A program made the position numbers and the translations under genes. A DNA stretch of 64,000 nucleotides from the human T2T-CHM13v2.0 reference genome, Homo sapiens. Below the pieces are notes generated by a model. The model saw nothing but the letters and a program-made list of their open reading frames with translations. It was not told the origin of the DNA and searched no databases. Shown piece after piece: positions 13,218 through 26,179 of this stretch. The stretch is from the NCBI RefSeq assembly GCF_009914755.1, contig NC_060927.1. One strand, 5' to 3'. Every line of letters begins with the position of its first letter. Within the stretch, counting starts at the first letter, position 1.

Positions 13218-13950
13218 TGAGTTTGTATACACATATATATATTCCTTCTCTGTCAGCTCAGAGGGTCTAGAAGCAATGATATTCTAGTGGAAATGCAGAA
13301 ATATAGCACGTAGATCTTGGTTTCTAATGCTATTCTACAGTACAATGTAGAGCTCCTTGCAGAAATGACAGATTGTAGAATTGGGGTAGAAAGTTTACAA
13401 GATGAGCCTGGAGTATTTGATAGTGCCAGAAATTAAGAAAAAGCCATTCCAAAAAACAGAACAAAACAAAAACACAATGATAAGGTATGTTAAAGGTTCA
13501 CAGGAGACATCTGAAAGAACTCCCAATAGCCAAAGTTAGAACAATTTGAACAACAAATAAAGTGATATTTGATTATAACTCAAAGTATAAAATTAATATC
13601 CAGATGTAACTTACAGGGTGGTGGTACTTTTTAAATGTAGTTTGCACATAGTGACTTCCTTCCAAAGAGTACAATATGGAAAGCAGGAAAACAAAAAGAT
13701 AACTTAGAGTGGAGAAACTCAACAAACACTATTCATCCACACAATCAAGTGATAAATCAAGTTGGTATTATAATAAATACTTTTTATAAAATGCAATGAT
13801 ATTGGACTTGACTGTAGAAAGAAGACTGTGGTCTTCCTTTCAAAAACTCATTAATTCTGTCTTATCTTGAGAAAAATATCAGACAAATAAGAATTCAAGG
13901 ACATTGTACAAATACCTGACCAGCATTCCTCAAAATTCTTGAGATCACTC
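12620..13950 (+). mobile_element. L1MC-like long 3' UTR, left part (contains (TA)n at 13183-13213)
   Basis: GAGTGAAACTATTCTGT...GCACAGAGTGAACCTTAATG; continues at ~19665 after the nested L1. Confidence 0.75.
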
Positions 13951-13954
13951 AAAA

Positions 13955-16900
13955 GAAAGTGACATCAGCAATATGGCGAAATAGGAGTTTTTTAGTTTCA
14001 CTATCTCTCACAGAAATCCAACTAGCAACTATCCACAGGCACAAATACCTTTGTGAATATTCTGGAACTTAGTAGTGAGGCTGAGATACCTCCCCTTGGA
14101 TCACAGAACTGAGAAAAGCTACATTCAAAGGGTAGAAGAAATGATTCTCTTTGACCACAAACCCCCATCCCCAAGCCAGCACAGTGCCACACAAAGAGGA
14201 TTTCCCTGGACCTATGGTTTCTTTAGTGGGAAAAGTAAGTTGTAGGTGGACAATCAGCTTCCTTATTATTCTGGGACCATTAACAGATGACTCACACCTG
14301 TCTCATTAGACTTAACAAGAGCGTCAGGACTATGTGGGGAGATGGACTTGATCCTGGTGGACCTGTGGACCATGCTTCCTGCAGCGTAATGTCATTGGCT
14401 AGTCTCTTTAGTGAATGTTTCCATTAGCTGAAATGCAGAGCAATGGCCAGGGTCTAAGCACTGGTTCCAGTGAGCCCCACCCCTTTTCTGTTTCTAACTG
14501 ATCCCAGATGGTCTGGTCATGCATGGCTCTACTTAAGCCTATTATAGGTTAGGAGGTAAAAGCAAGTCTACCCATATCTGTGAAGCATAGCCTGTAGCCC
14601 TGCCCACCCTGTGTGGCTGAGGAGCAACCACAGAGACTTCACCCAGCCTCAAGGACCAGCACACATCCCTGTCCAATTACAGATTTCAAACAACAATATT
14701 GCCCAGCCAGGGAGTACAGCCTGCAACTCTGCCCAACAGAGATAATTGCAGAGCCCAGTCAGCAACTTCACCTAACGGCAGACTCTAGACAGTGATTTCA
14801 CTGGACTCCAGAGCACAGCTAGCAGTAGCGTTTGGCCTCAGAGCACAGGAAAGCTACCCAGCTCAACTAGAGAACTTGACACCAAGGTCTGCCTGTCTAG
14901 GGTTGGTACTAGCCAGCCCGTCCAGAATTCCAGTCTAGCCTAAATAGTAAAGGTCTATCACCATCAAGAATACACGCAAAGGCAGAAGAGATGGCTATAT
15001 CCTCTAATGCACAAGCATCAATGTAAGGACATAGGATGATAAAAAATTAGGAAAATATGACACCACCAAAAGAAACTAACAAAACTCCAATAATGAACTC
15101 AAGAAGAAAGAAGATTTATGAAATAAAAAATAATTCAGAATAATCTCCTCCACTTCTTAGAGTTCAGAGAACTCTAAGAAAATACAGTTAGAAAAATAAA
15201 TGAAATTTGGAAAACAAATCATAAGCAGAGTGAGAAGTCTGACAAAGAAATAGAAACAATTAAAAAACAGAAATAGGAGATAGTACATTTGAAATTACCC
15301 AATCACAGGAACAAAAAGAAAAAAAAAAAAGAAAAGGCATATAGAAAATATGGGACATCATTGAGCAAACTGACCTTCACATCATAGGAAATTAAGAAAG
15401 AGATGAGAAAGAAAAATGCCTGGAAAGCATATTTAAGAAAATAATTGCAAAATTTCCTGAAATTTGGAGAAAGATGACAACATCAAGATACAGGAAGCTC
15501 AGAGGTTGCCAATCAAACTCAACTCAAAGAAGATTTCACTAAGACATATCATAATCAAATTATCAAAAATTAAAGACAAAAAAAGAATACTGTAAACAGT
15601 AAGATATAAACATATCACATTAAAGGCAGCTCCAATACAGCTTTCAGAGGATTTCTCAGCAGAAACCCTACAGGCCAGGAAAGAGTAGAATGATATGTTT
15701 ATAACACTAAAAGGAAAAAAAACCACTAATCAAGAATACCAGGTAAAGCTGACCTTCAGAAATGAGGGAGAAATAAAAACTTTCACAGAAAAACAAAAGC
15801 TAAGGGAGTTAATCACCACTAGGCCTTCTGTACAGGAATTACTAAAGAGAGTTATTTAAGTTTAAATAAAAGCTTTCTAATTAACAACAAAAACATATGA
15901 AAGTAAAGAACGCAATAGCATACATATTCATACACATAATTTTCTCATACAAAAATTTGTAAAGCAATTTTTTCCAAGTATAAATGACAAAAGACAAAAC
16001 AAAAACAACTGTAGCTACAATAAATTATTGAGGGATAAAGATTACAAAAAATGTAAATTTTGACATCCAAATCATAAAAGATTGAGGGAAAGAAAAATGT
16101 AAAGATCCTGTATTCAATTAAAGTTCAGTTGTCATTAGCTTAAAATAGCCTGTTATAAGGATAAGACATTTTGTGTAAGCCTCATGGTAACCACAAAGCA
16201 ACCTATCCTAGTTGCACAAAATATAAAAGAAGGGATTCAAAGCACACCACCATAGAAAACCATCAAAGCACAATGACAGCAAGAGAGAAAGAAAGAAACA
16301 AGGGACCTATGCCACAATTAGAAAACAAGTTACAACTCATACCACAGAAATACAAAGAACTATTAAAAATTGCTATAAACAATTACATGTCAAAAAATTG
16401 GATAATTTAGAAAAAATCTATAAATTCATAAACACATAAAACCTACCAAGATTAAATCATGAAGAAACAGAAAATGTGAACAGACTAATAACAAGTAAGG
16501 AGATTGAATCAGTAATAATTCTTCCATCAAACAAAAACCCAGGCCTAGATACCTCACTGCTGAATTCTACCAAACAGCTCAAGAATAACTAATAGCAATT
16601 CTTCTCAAATTCTTCCAAAAAATAAAAGTGAAGAGCATACTTCACATTAACCTAACTCATTGTATAAAACCAGCATTATCCTGAAACCAAAGATAGACAA
16701 GGACACTACAGGAAAAGAAAATTATGGGCCAATATTCCTGGTGAACCTAGATGAAAAAAAATCCTCAAAAAAAATTTAGCAAATTTTTTTTTTAGCAAAT
16801 TCAACAGCACTCTTCAGGATAAATGTGATTTATCCCTGGCATGTAACAATGATTCTACATATGCAAGTCAATAAATGCAATACATCATAGTAACAGACTG

Positions 16901-19660
16901 AAGGATAAAATTTACCTCAATTATCTCAGTAGATACAGAAAAAGCATTTCGTAAAATTCAACACCGTTTCCTGACAGCACTCTCAACATGTTAGGTATGG
17001 AAGGAATGTACCTCAGCACAGTAAGGGCATTTATAACAAATCTGTAGCTAACCTTATTCTCAGTGATGAAAAGTTGGAAGCTTTTCCTCTAAGATGAAGA
17101 AAAGTATACCCACTCTTACCACTTCTTTTTACCACTTCTAGTCTTAGCTAGAGGATCAGGCAAGAGAAGGAAATAAAAGGCATCCCAACAGAAAGAAAAA
17201 AAAAGAAAATTTTCTTGTTTTGCTGACAACATGATCTTATATATAGAAAACCCTAAAAACTCCACCAAAAAACTTAGAACTAAAAAACAAATTCAGTAAA
17301 CTTGCAAGATTCAAAATCAACATTAAAAAAGTAGTTTTTATATTTACTAATAATGAACTATCTGAAAATGAAATTCAGAAAATAATCTCATTTATAATGA
17401 CAACAAAAAATATTAAATTCTTAGATGTAAGTTTAACCAAGGTATAAAAGACTTGTGTAGCAAAAATTATAAAACCGTGCAAAAAAAACTGAAGAAAACA
17501 CAAGTAAATGGAAACATGTCCTGTGTTCATGGATGAAGAGTGAATTAAACATTGTTTAAATGTTCATGCTATCTACAGTGGTCTCCAGATACATTGCAAT
17601 CACAATCAAAATCAGAGTGTCATTTTACAGAAATAGGAAAAACAATCCTTAAGTCCATATGAGTTGCAAAAGATACCAAATATCCAAAACAATCCTGAAC
17701 AAAAATAACATAACTGGAAGCACCTCACATCCTGATTTTAAGACATATTATAAAGTAAATGTAATCAAAACAGCAAGGAATGGCATTAAAAAAACACACA
17801 TTAACCAACTTAAGAAGCTAGAAAGCCCAAAAATAAACCGAAAAATTTATGGTCAATTGGTTTTTGTTAAAGATGTCAAGAACACACAATAGGGAAAAGA
17901 CCATTTCTTCAATAAATGCTGTTGGGAAAACTGAATATCCACATACAGAATAATAAAATTGGACCCTTGGTTCACATGATATACAAACATCAATTCAAAA
18001 CGGATTAAAGATTGAAATATGACACCTGAAACTGTAAAACTACTAAAAGCTAAAATGGGAGAAAGTTCCATCACATTGGTTTGGGCAGCAAATTTTTGGA
18101 TAGGACCCTGAAAACATGGGCAACAAAAACATCAGACTAAAAAGCTTCTGTAAAGTGAAAAAAAAAAAAGAAAAAGAAAAAGAAAAAACAATTGACAAAG
18201 TGAGGAGGAGACAACTTACAGAGTGGGAGAAAATGTAAACCATATATATTAGTTCGTTCTCATGCTGATAATAAAGACATACTCGAGACTGGGTGATTTA
18301 TAAAGGAAAGAGGTTTAATTGATTCACAGTTCCGCATGGCTGGGGAGGCCTCACAATTACGGTGGAAGGCAAATGAGGAGCTAAGTCATGTCTTACATGG
18401 CAGCAGGCAAGAGAAGGAACGAGAGCCAAGTGAAAGGGGAAACCCCCTTTAAAATCATCAGATCTCGTGAGAATTATTCACTGCCATGAGAACAGTATGG
18501 GGAAACCAACCCCATGATTCAATTATCTCCCACCAGGTCCCTCCTACAACACATGGGAATTATGAGAGCTACAATTCAAGATGAGATTTGGGTGAGGACA
18601 CAGCTAAACCATATCACCATACATCTGATGAATAGTTAATGTCCAAAATATATAAGGAACTCAATTAAGGAGCAAGAAAACAAACAAGTAAAAAATGGGC
18701 AAAGGGCCCAAAGAGACATTTTTAAAAAGGAAAACATACAAATGTCCAACAGGTACATGAAAAAACACTCAGCATCACCAATCATTCGGAAAATGCAAAT
18801 CAAAACCATGCTGAGATATCATCTTATGCCTGCTAGGCTCTTATCAAAACGATGAGAGATCAATGTTGATGGGAATATAGAGCAAAGGGGGCTCTTGTAC
18901 ATTGTTGGTAGGAATGTAAATTAGTACAGTCCTTACAGAAAACAGTATGGAAGTTTCTCAGAAAACTAGAGAACTACCATATGATCCAATAATCCCACTT
19001 CTGAGTGTATATCCAATAGAACTGAAATCAATATTTTGAAAGGATATCTGCACTCTCATGTTCATTACAGCATTATTCACAACAGCTAAGATACGGAATC
19101 AACCTAAGTGTCCATCAATGATTGAGTAGATTAAAAAACATGTGGTACATATACACGATAGAATAACTGTCAAACTTGGAAAAAGGAGAAAATTTTGTCA
19201 TTTGTAGCAACATGAATGAATCTGGAGGAAATTAAGGTAAGTAAAATAAGCCAGGCACATGATCTCATTTATATGTGGAATTTTATAATGTTGAACTCAT
19301 TGAAGTACAAAGCAGAATGATGGTTCTACTCTGAGAACTAGAGGCTGAGAGGAGGGGATCAGGATGGAGGGAATGGACAGTTTTTTTTTAATCAAAGTTT
19401 ACAAAGTTTCAGATACACAGGAGTAATAGGTTTTGAGATCTATTGCACAGCAGGGTGACTATAGTCAAAAATAATGTACTGTATATTTCCGAATATCTAA
19501 GGGAATAAATGTTTAAGGTCTTACCCAAAAAAAATAGATAAGCAAGGTGATAGATATATTAATTAGCTTGATTTAATCAATATCATATTGTACCCCATAA
19601 AGATATACAACTATGATTTGTTCATCAAAAATAATATTAATAATAAAAAGAGAAGAAAAT
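13955..19660 (+). mobile_element. L1MA-like element with 5' UTR, decayed ORF1, EN-deleted ORF2 and 3' UTR
   Basis: 5' end GTGACATCAGCAATATGGCG; ORF1 relic ~15040-15880; jump at ~16325 from inter-ORF into ORF2 (ATACCACAGAAATACAAAG); L1MA-type 3' UTR (GAGATCTATTGCACAGCAGGGTGACTATAG) and A-rich tail. Confidence 0.9.
18245..18616 (-). mobile_element. THE1C-like solo LTR with 5-bp TSD CCATA
   Basis: THE1 consensus match end to end; CCATA at 18240-18244 and 18617-18621. Confidence 0.93.
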
Positions 19661-19664
19661 AGAA

Positions 19665-19985
19665 AAAACCTCTGGGATCATCAAAACGAGAAGTGAGAGA
19701 AGTCGTCACACATGAAAGGAGACATGGCAACTAAATATAATACCATTTCCTGGATGGGATGCTGAAACAAAAAAGCAACATTATCTAAAAAGGAAGGGAA
19801 CATGAAAATCTTATGAGCATTAGGTAATAATAATATATAAATTTGTTTATTATCACAAGTAGACAATAGTGTTATAATATGCTAATAGTAAGGGAACTGG
19901 GTATGATGAATATAGAAATTCTGAACTCTCTTTGTAATTTATCTGTACACATAAAATTATTATTAAAAACAAAGTTGGTTGCAAA
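19665..19985 (+). mobile_element. L1MC-like 3' UTR, right part
   Basis: GGAGACATGGCAACTAAAT...CCTGGATGGGATGCTGAAACA continues the 12620-13950 element. Confidence 0.7.
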
Positions 19986-20157
19986 AACATGCACATAGTG
20001 TATCTCGTTTGTCAAATTCTTAAATGTTTCAAAGATATTAATGGTCTATCCCTTGCAAGCATGTTATATCTGCAAAAAGATTTTCTACTTGCTCCTCTGA
20101 ACCTGGTTTTTCTCCTTATTAGTCTTTGTGAGTATGTGTGTGCACATGTGTATGTAA

Positions 20158-20690
20158 AGTAAGTCCTCACTTAATGTTGTCAATAGGTCTTAGGAAACTG
20201 TGACTTTAAATAAAATAACATATTACAGAACCAATTTTACCATAGGTGAATTGATATAAACAAGAGTTAATTTCCTACACTATATTTCTGGTCACAAAAC
20301 ATCACCCAACTTTTAAAGAAAGGCCAAAACACACCTAATATTAAACATTGAAATAAATGTAAGCTATACATACATTTAAGAAAGAATAACAAAAACAAGT
20401 ATAATAATTATTTACCCAATTATTCCAGTTCAGGGCTGCTAATGGCCAAAATCTATCCTGGTAGCTCAGGATGCAATGTGGGAACCAACCATGCACAGGA
20501 CACCATTCCATTGCAGAGTACACCCACAAACATACCCATACTTACTTATACTGTGATAATTTAGACATATTAATTAACCTAATATGCACATCTTGGGGAT
20601 GTGGGAGGAAATCAAAATACCCAGAGAAAACCATGCAGACCTGTGAGAAAAGTCCAGAAGGTGGCCCTATCTGGGAATTGATTTTTTAAA
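20158..20690. mobile_element. MER6-like TcMar-Tigger element, one terminus missing
   Basis: AGTAAGTCCTCACTTAATGTTGTC left terminus; GGATGTGGGAGGAAA...ACCCAGAGAAAACC internal block. Confidence 0.8.
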
Positions 20691-21083
20691 TATATTAAAT
20701 AAATATATTTAAATATATTTATATTTAAACATAAAATTTACTTCATCCATGCCAACATAAATCCTATAGAGCCATCTGTTTATTATCATATAAAATAGCT
20801 ATTTTCTAATCTGCATTGCTAAGACTCTTTGCCATGTCTTCAGATAGATTACACTATTTTAATTATTTCTCAGATATGTTTTTCTTTGGGACAAGACTAC
20901 ATTTTTGTTCTCACAAATGTGGATTAGAGTCAAATTGCTTTCTTTTAAGGAGAACTGGTTTTAATCCACTAGATTAACTTTTAACAACACATTGAAAAAC
21001 TGTGATTAAGACTTTAAAGCAGAACTATAAATAGTTTTTAATATACAGATGTACCATGTTTGAGCTTTAAATAATCAACGGAA

Positions 21084-21361
21084 ATTAATTTAATAATAGA
21101 GATTCATCGGCCTTGCTGGTTTCCCCCATTTTCCAAATTAGAGTCTGCAGTATAGTGGCTTGTGAAAAGCTGGTGACTCTCAGAGCGCCTGCCTTTTGGA
21201 GGCACATTTACTATGGCACCTGAATGCAAACACAAGCAGAATCATAAAATGGCAGATTGCATGTTCAGACGCCAAACTGCAAGACCAGATTTCTATTTAC
21301 ATCTGCAATTACAAACCAAATCACACAGTGCATGACATACTCCAGAGAGATGTGAGACTAC
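21084..21361 (+). repeat. Left arm of long inverted repeat (partner 24810-25085)
   Basis: Hand alignment to the reverse complement of 24810-25085, with perfect blocks such as TTAATAATAGAGATTCATC, CTGCAAGACCAGATT and CTGCAATTACAAACC. Confidence 0.95.
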
Positions 21362-21688
21362 GTTTCACAAGCACAGGCTGACTGCTGGAAATCATGGCCT
21401 TCGCTGCTACACATGAGATTTCCTGCCCATAAGCATAATTGCAGTAATATGGCCATTTTGAAGTTATTATTTGGAGGAGTCTTCCATTACGTGTTCCAGC
21501 TTTAAGGCTGCTTCTTTTGCCAAGGAGATGAACTACCACTGCAACCAAAGTAAGTAAGAGGGTAATTTTTATTTGTTGGTGGTAGACATTTTGTCATTTG
21601 GGATCTCTGAGGGCCTCAGATTATTCTATTGAAAGTTTATTACGGAAAAAAGGAGAAAAAGAAAAAAGAACTATGTATGATGAAACTC

Positions 21689-22298
21689 TTGGGTGAAATG
21701 TTCTACAAATGTCTGTCAGAACCATTTGGTCTGTGGTGTAGTTTAAATCCAATATTTCTTTGTAGATTTTCTGTTTAAATGATCTTTCCAATGCTGACAG
21801 TAGATTGTTGAAGTCCCCAACTATTATTGTATTGGGATCTATCTCTCACTTTAGATTTAATAATATTTGCTTTATGAATCTGTGTGCTCCAGTGTTTGAT
21901 ACACATATATTTTAAATAGTTATTTCCTCTTGCAGCTTTATACCTTTATCACTACATGGTAATCTTCTTTGGATTTTTTATTTGTTTGGTTGGTTGGGTT
22001 TTTTTTAATTGTTTTTGACTTAAAGTCATTTTGTCTGGTATCTGCTTACTTTTGCTTTCTGTTTATGTGGAGTATCTTTATTCATCCCTTCACTTTCAGT
22101 GTATCTGGGTCTTTACAGATGAAGTGAGTTTCATGTAGGCAGTACATAGTTAGGTCTTATTTTTTTTTAATTCATTTGGACAGCATATTCCTGTTACTTG
22201 GGGAATTTAATTCATTTGCATTCAGGTTATTATAGGTGAAGACTTCCTCCTATCACTATATTGATTTTTTTCTGGCTGTTTTGTATATCCTTTATTCA
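21689..22298 (-). mobile_element. L1 ORF2 endonuclease region, inverted segment
   Basis: GTTGAAGTCCCCAACTATTATTGTATTGG and GTGAGTTTCATGTAGGCAG are antisense L1 EN sequence. Confidence 0.88.
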
Positions 22299-23350
22299 CT
22301 GCAGAATACACATCATTTTCATCAGCACATAGAACATTCTCCTAGATTGACCTTATGTTAGGACACAAAACAAGTCTCACAACATTCTTAAAAATTGAAA
22401 TCACATCAAGTATCTTTTTGGACCACAATGGAATAAAACTATAAATCACTAACAAGATGAACATTTGAAACTATATAAATACATAAAAATTAAACAATAT
22501 GCTCCCAAATGACCAATGAGTGAAGGAAGAAATTAAGAAAGAAATATAAAGATTTCTTGAAACAAATAAAAATAAAAACACAATATACAGAAAAACCTGT
22601 GAAACACAGCAAAAGCAGTATTAAGAGGCACATTTATAGTAATAAATGCCTACATCAAAAAAAGTAGAAAAATTTCAAAATAACCTAGAAATCCATCTAA
22701 AGGAACTAGAAAAGCAAGAACAAACTGAACCCAAAATTAACCGAAGGAAAAATAAAGATCAGAGCAGAAATAAATGAAATTATGACTAAAATAATAAAGA
22801 AAAACAATAAAACAAGAGGTTGGTTTTGAAAAGATAAACAAAATCAAGAAAAAGAGCTAGATTTTTTTTAAAAAGAGAGAATAAATAAATCAGCCCAAAC
22901 AAACAAATCATAAACAAAAAAGAAGACATCACAACTAATACCACAGAAATAAAAAAAGATTGTTAGAGATGATTATGAACAACTATATACCAATAAATTT
23001 TTTAAAACCTAGAGGAAATTGATAAACTACTGGACAGATACAACTTACAAAGATTGACCCAAAAGGAAATAGAAAATCTGAACAGACCAATAATGAGTAA
23101 TGAGATTGAATCAGTGATATTACATCTCCAACCAAGAAAACTCCAGTACTGGACAGGTTTACTGCTGAATTCTACCAAACTTCTAAAGAGAACTAATACC
23201 AATTCTTCTCAAGCTATTCCGGGAAATTGAGGGAGACGGAATAACTCCAAACTCCTTCGATGATGCCAGCATGACCCTGATATCAAAACCAGAAAAGGAT
23301 ACAACAAAAAAGAAAATACAGGCCAATATTCTTCATGAACATAGATGCGA
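22299..23350 (+). mobile_element. L1 ORF2 (end of EN to start of RT), forward segment, 3'-truncated
   Basis: TGCAGAATACACATC...GACCACAATGGAATAAAACT...GAATTCTACCAAAC...AACATAGATGC. Confidence 0.9.
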
Positions 23351-23369
23351 ATAAACTATTTCGAGACCA

Positions 23370-23855
23370 CAGAATATAAAAATTGTGAGTAGATATAACA
23401 TGACAGAATTGCAAGCTACAATATAGAAGACAAAATAAATTACATAATCAGTGATGCTGGCAGATCTGGGAAAATAGTTCAAAACCAAGTTGTAAAGAAG
23501 TAAGATGTAAGATTTCTTGTAACTAAAATTAGAGATATGGAAAACAAAGGACAGCGAAATTCCTGAAAATTAGAAATAAACAAAACAGAAAAACATTAGA
23601 AATATAATAGAAAACTATAATGAATCCACAGATTAAAATAACTCAGCATATCCTGGTATTTACTAGATAAAGAGCAATTTCTAACCAGGCAAACAAAACA
23701 TTGAAGATCATTTCAAAGGTTCAAAGAAAGAAGATTCACAGAAGCCTACAGGGAGGAAAAACAAGGCAACTAGAAGTTGCAAAATTGCAGTTTGGCCACA
23801 GATCTCCCCACCATCATGTTTAATACCAGATGTGAAATAATATCTTCAGCATTTA
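23370..23855 (+). mobile_element. HAL1/L1ME-like ORF1 relic
   Basis: A-rich decayed ORF1-like sequence (AGAGATATGGAAAAC, GGAAAAACAAG...TTGGCCACAGATCTC...AATACCAGA). Confidence 0.5.
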
Positions 23856-24152
23856 TTAATTAATGGTTGCATAATATTACACTATACATATGTACAAAAT
23901 TATCCCTTCTTGCAAATATCTTAAATATATCCACTGTCTTTATAGACAAGTTTTATAAACCAGACAGTTCTTTCTTTGGTAAAATAACAGCTTCATAAAG
24001 TCACACATTGACAGACTCAGATAGCCACTCTCAGAAGCTGAAGTTTTCTAATCTCATGATACGTAAAACTTAGAAATAATTCTAGAAAAGTTATTCCACA
24101 GCTGCTCTCATTCCAGGGCTTGGAGGAAGTCATTTTATTCAAAATTTTTACA

Positions 24153-24815
24153 TACTCATTCAGGCCAACAAATGTTTCAAGAACTTTTTACCTGCCAGGC
24201 ACTATGCTGAGTAATTAGGTTAACATAAGTGAGACAAACTGACATGGTGCTTTGCCCTCATGGGGTTTACAATCTTGTAAAAAGACAGGTTTAAATCAAA
24301 TAATCATACAAATAAGTATAAGCCTTGGTAATTGTTACAAAATGTAGGGTACATGAGGGCATGTAACAATTGAGAAAGCAATGTGTTTACTGTAAATTGA
24401 TGGAATAGAAGTGGGTGATGAGAAAGAGATTTCTATATCAAGGAAACAGCAAGGGCAATCTCTCTGAGGAAGGACATATGATGGCACATTTAAAAGGCAG
24501 AAATCTCACATGGTAACCATTCTGAGGGACACTGGGTGAAGTGGCAATAGAAAAAGCCAGAGACCTTGAATGGATTTGAAAGGTTGTTCATGATAAAATC
24601 AGAGGTAAATTGATGTGGGTGTATGGGAAAGGAGTGGTGAGGGCATTTGAGAGGTCTGCGCACCTGGAGAAAGTTGGGGCTTTCTTTACAATAGAAAATA
24701 CTGTAAAAGTACTGGTATAAAATTGGAAGGTGATTTTGGGTCAAGAAACACCAAATTTGTAGTTCCTGTGAGATATCCCAAATGAGATGTTGAGTAGACA
24801 TTTGAGTATGTAGGT
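24153..24815 (-). mobile_element. L2 3' fragment
   Basis: CATTCAG..CAACAAATGTTT...TGCCAGGCACTATGCTG...TGCCCTCATGGGGTTTACAATCT...GAGATGTTGAGTAGACA. Confidence 0.85.
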
Positions 24816-25085
24816 CACATATCTTTGTAGTATGCTATGCATTGTGTAATTAGGTTTGTAATTGCAGGTGTAAATAGCAATCTGGTCTTGCAGGGTTGGC
24901 ATCTGAACATGCAGTTTGCTATTTTACGATTCTGCTTATATTTGTGTTAAAGTGCAGTAGTAAATGTTCCGCAAAGAGGCAGGCACTCTGAGCCTCACCA
25001 TTATTTCACAGTCCACTGTACTGCAGACTAATTTGGAGAATGTAAGAAACCAGCAATGTTGATGAATCTCTATTATTAATTTAAT
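24810..25085 (-). repeat. Right arm of long inverted repeat (partner 21084-21361)
   Basis: Reverse complement aligns across the full length of the left arm with only three small indels. Confidence 0.95.
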
Positions 25086-25477
25086 AATATGTTTTATATG
25101 TACTATATATTCATTTTTAATATAGGATCTTTCTGAAATTTAGGAAATAAATCAGAGCACACATTTATAATAGACAGATAATATGTAATAATTATGCCCA
25201 TCATACAAAAAGCAATTTCAGAAACTAAAGATTGTTTTTACAAAATCACATTAGACAAAAGGAGATTGGTAAAAGGGACAATGTCTCTGCTGATCTCTTT
25301 TACGGTTTTGGTTTTGGTTTTCCTGGTTGGAATGCAAAGAGTAGAAACCATGAGGCAGAAATAACACAAAAATTCCTTTCTGCCATGTTCCAGTAGTTTA
25401 TGCTTCCATTTCAGATTGTTTCTAAAATTATCTTGAAAATGAGAAGATACCTTGCCTGAGTAAAAGAAATTAACCCA

Positions 25478-25773
<296 letters not shown>

Positions 25774-25807
25774 TCATGTTAGGCTCATGTTAAGAGAAAA
25801 ACATTTA

Positions 25808-26179
<372 letters not shown>

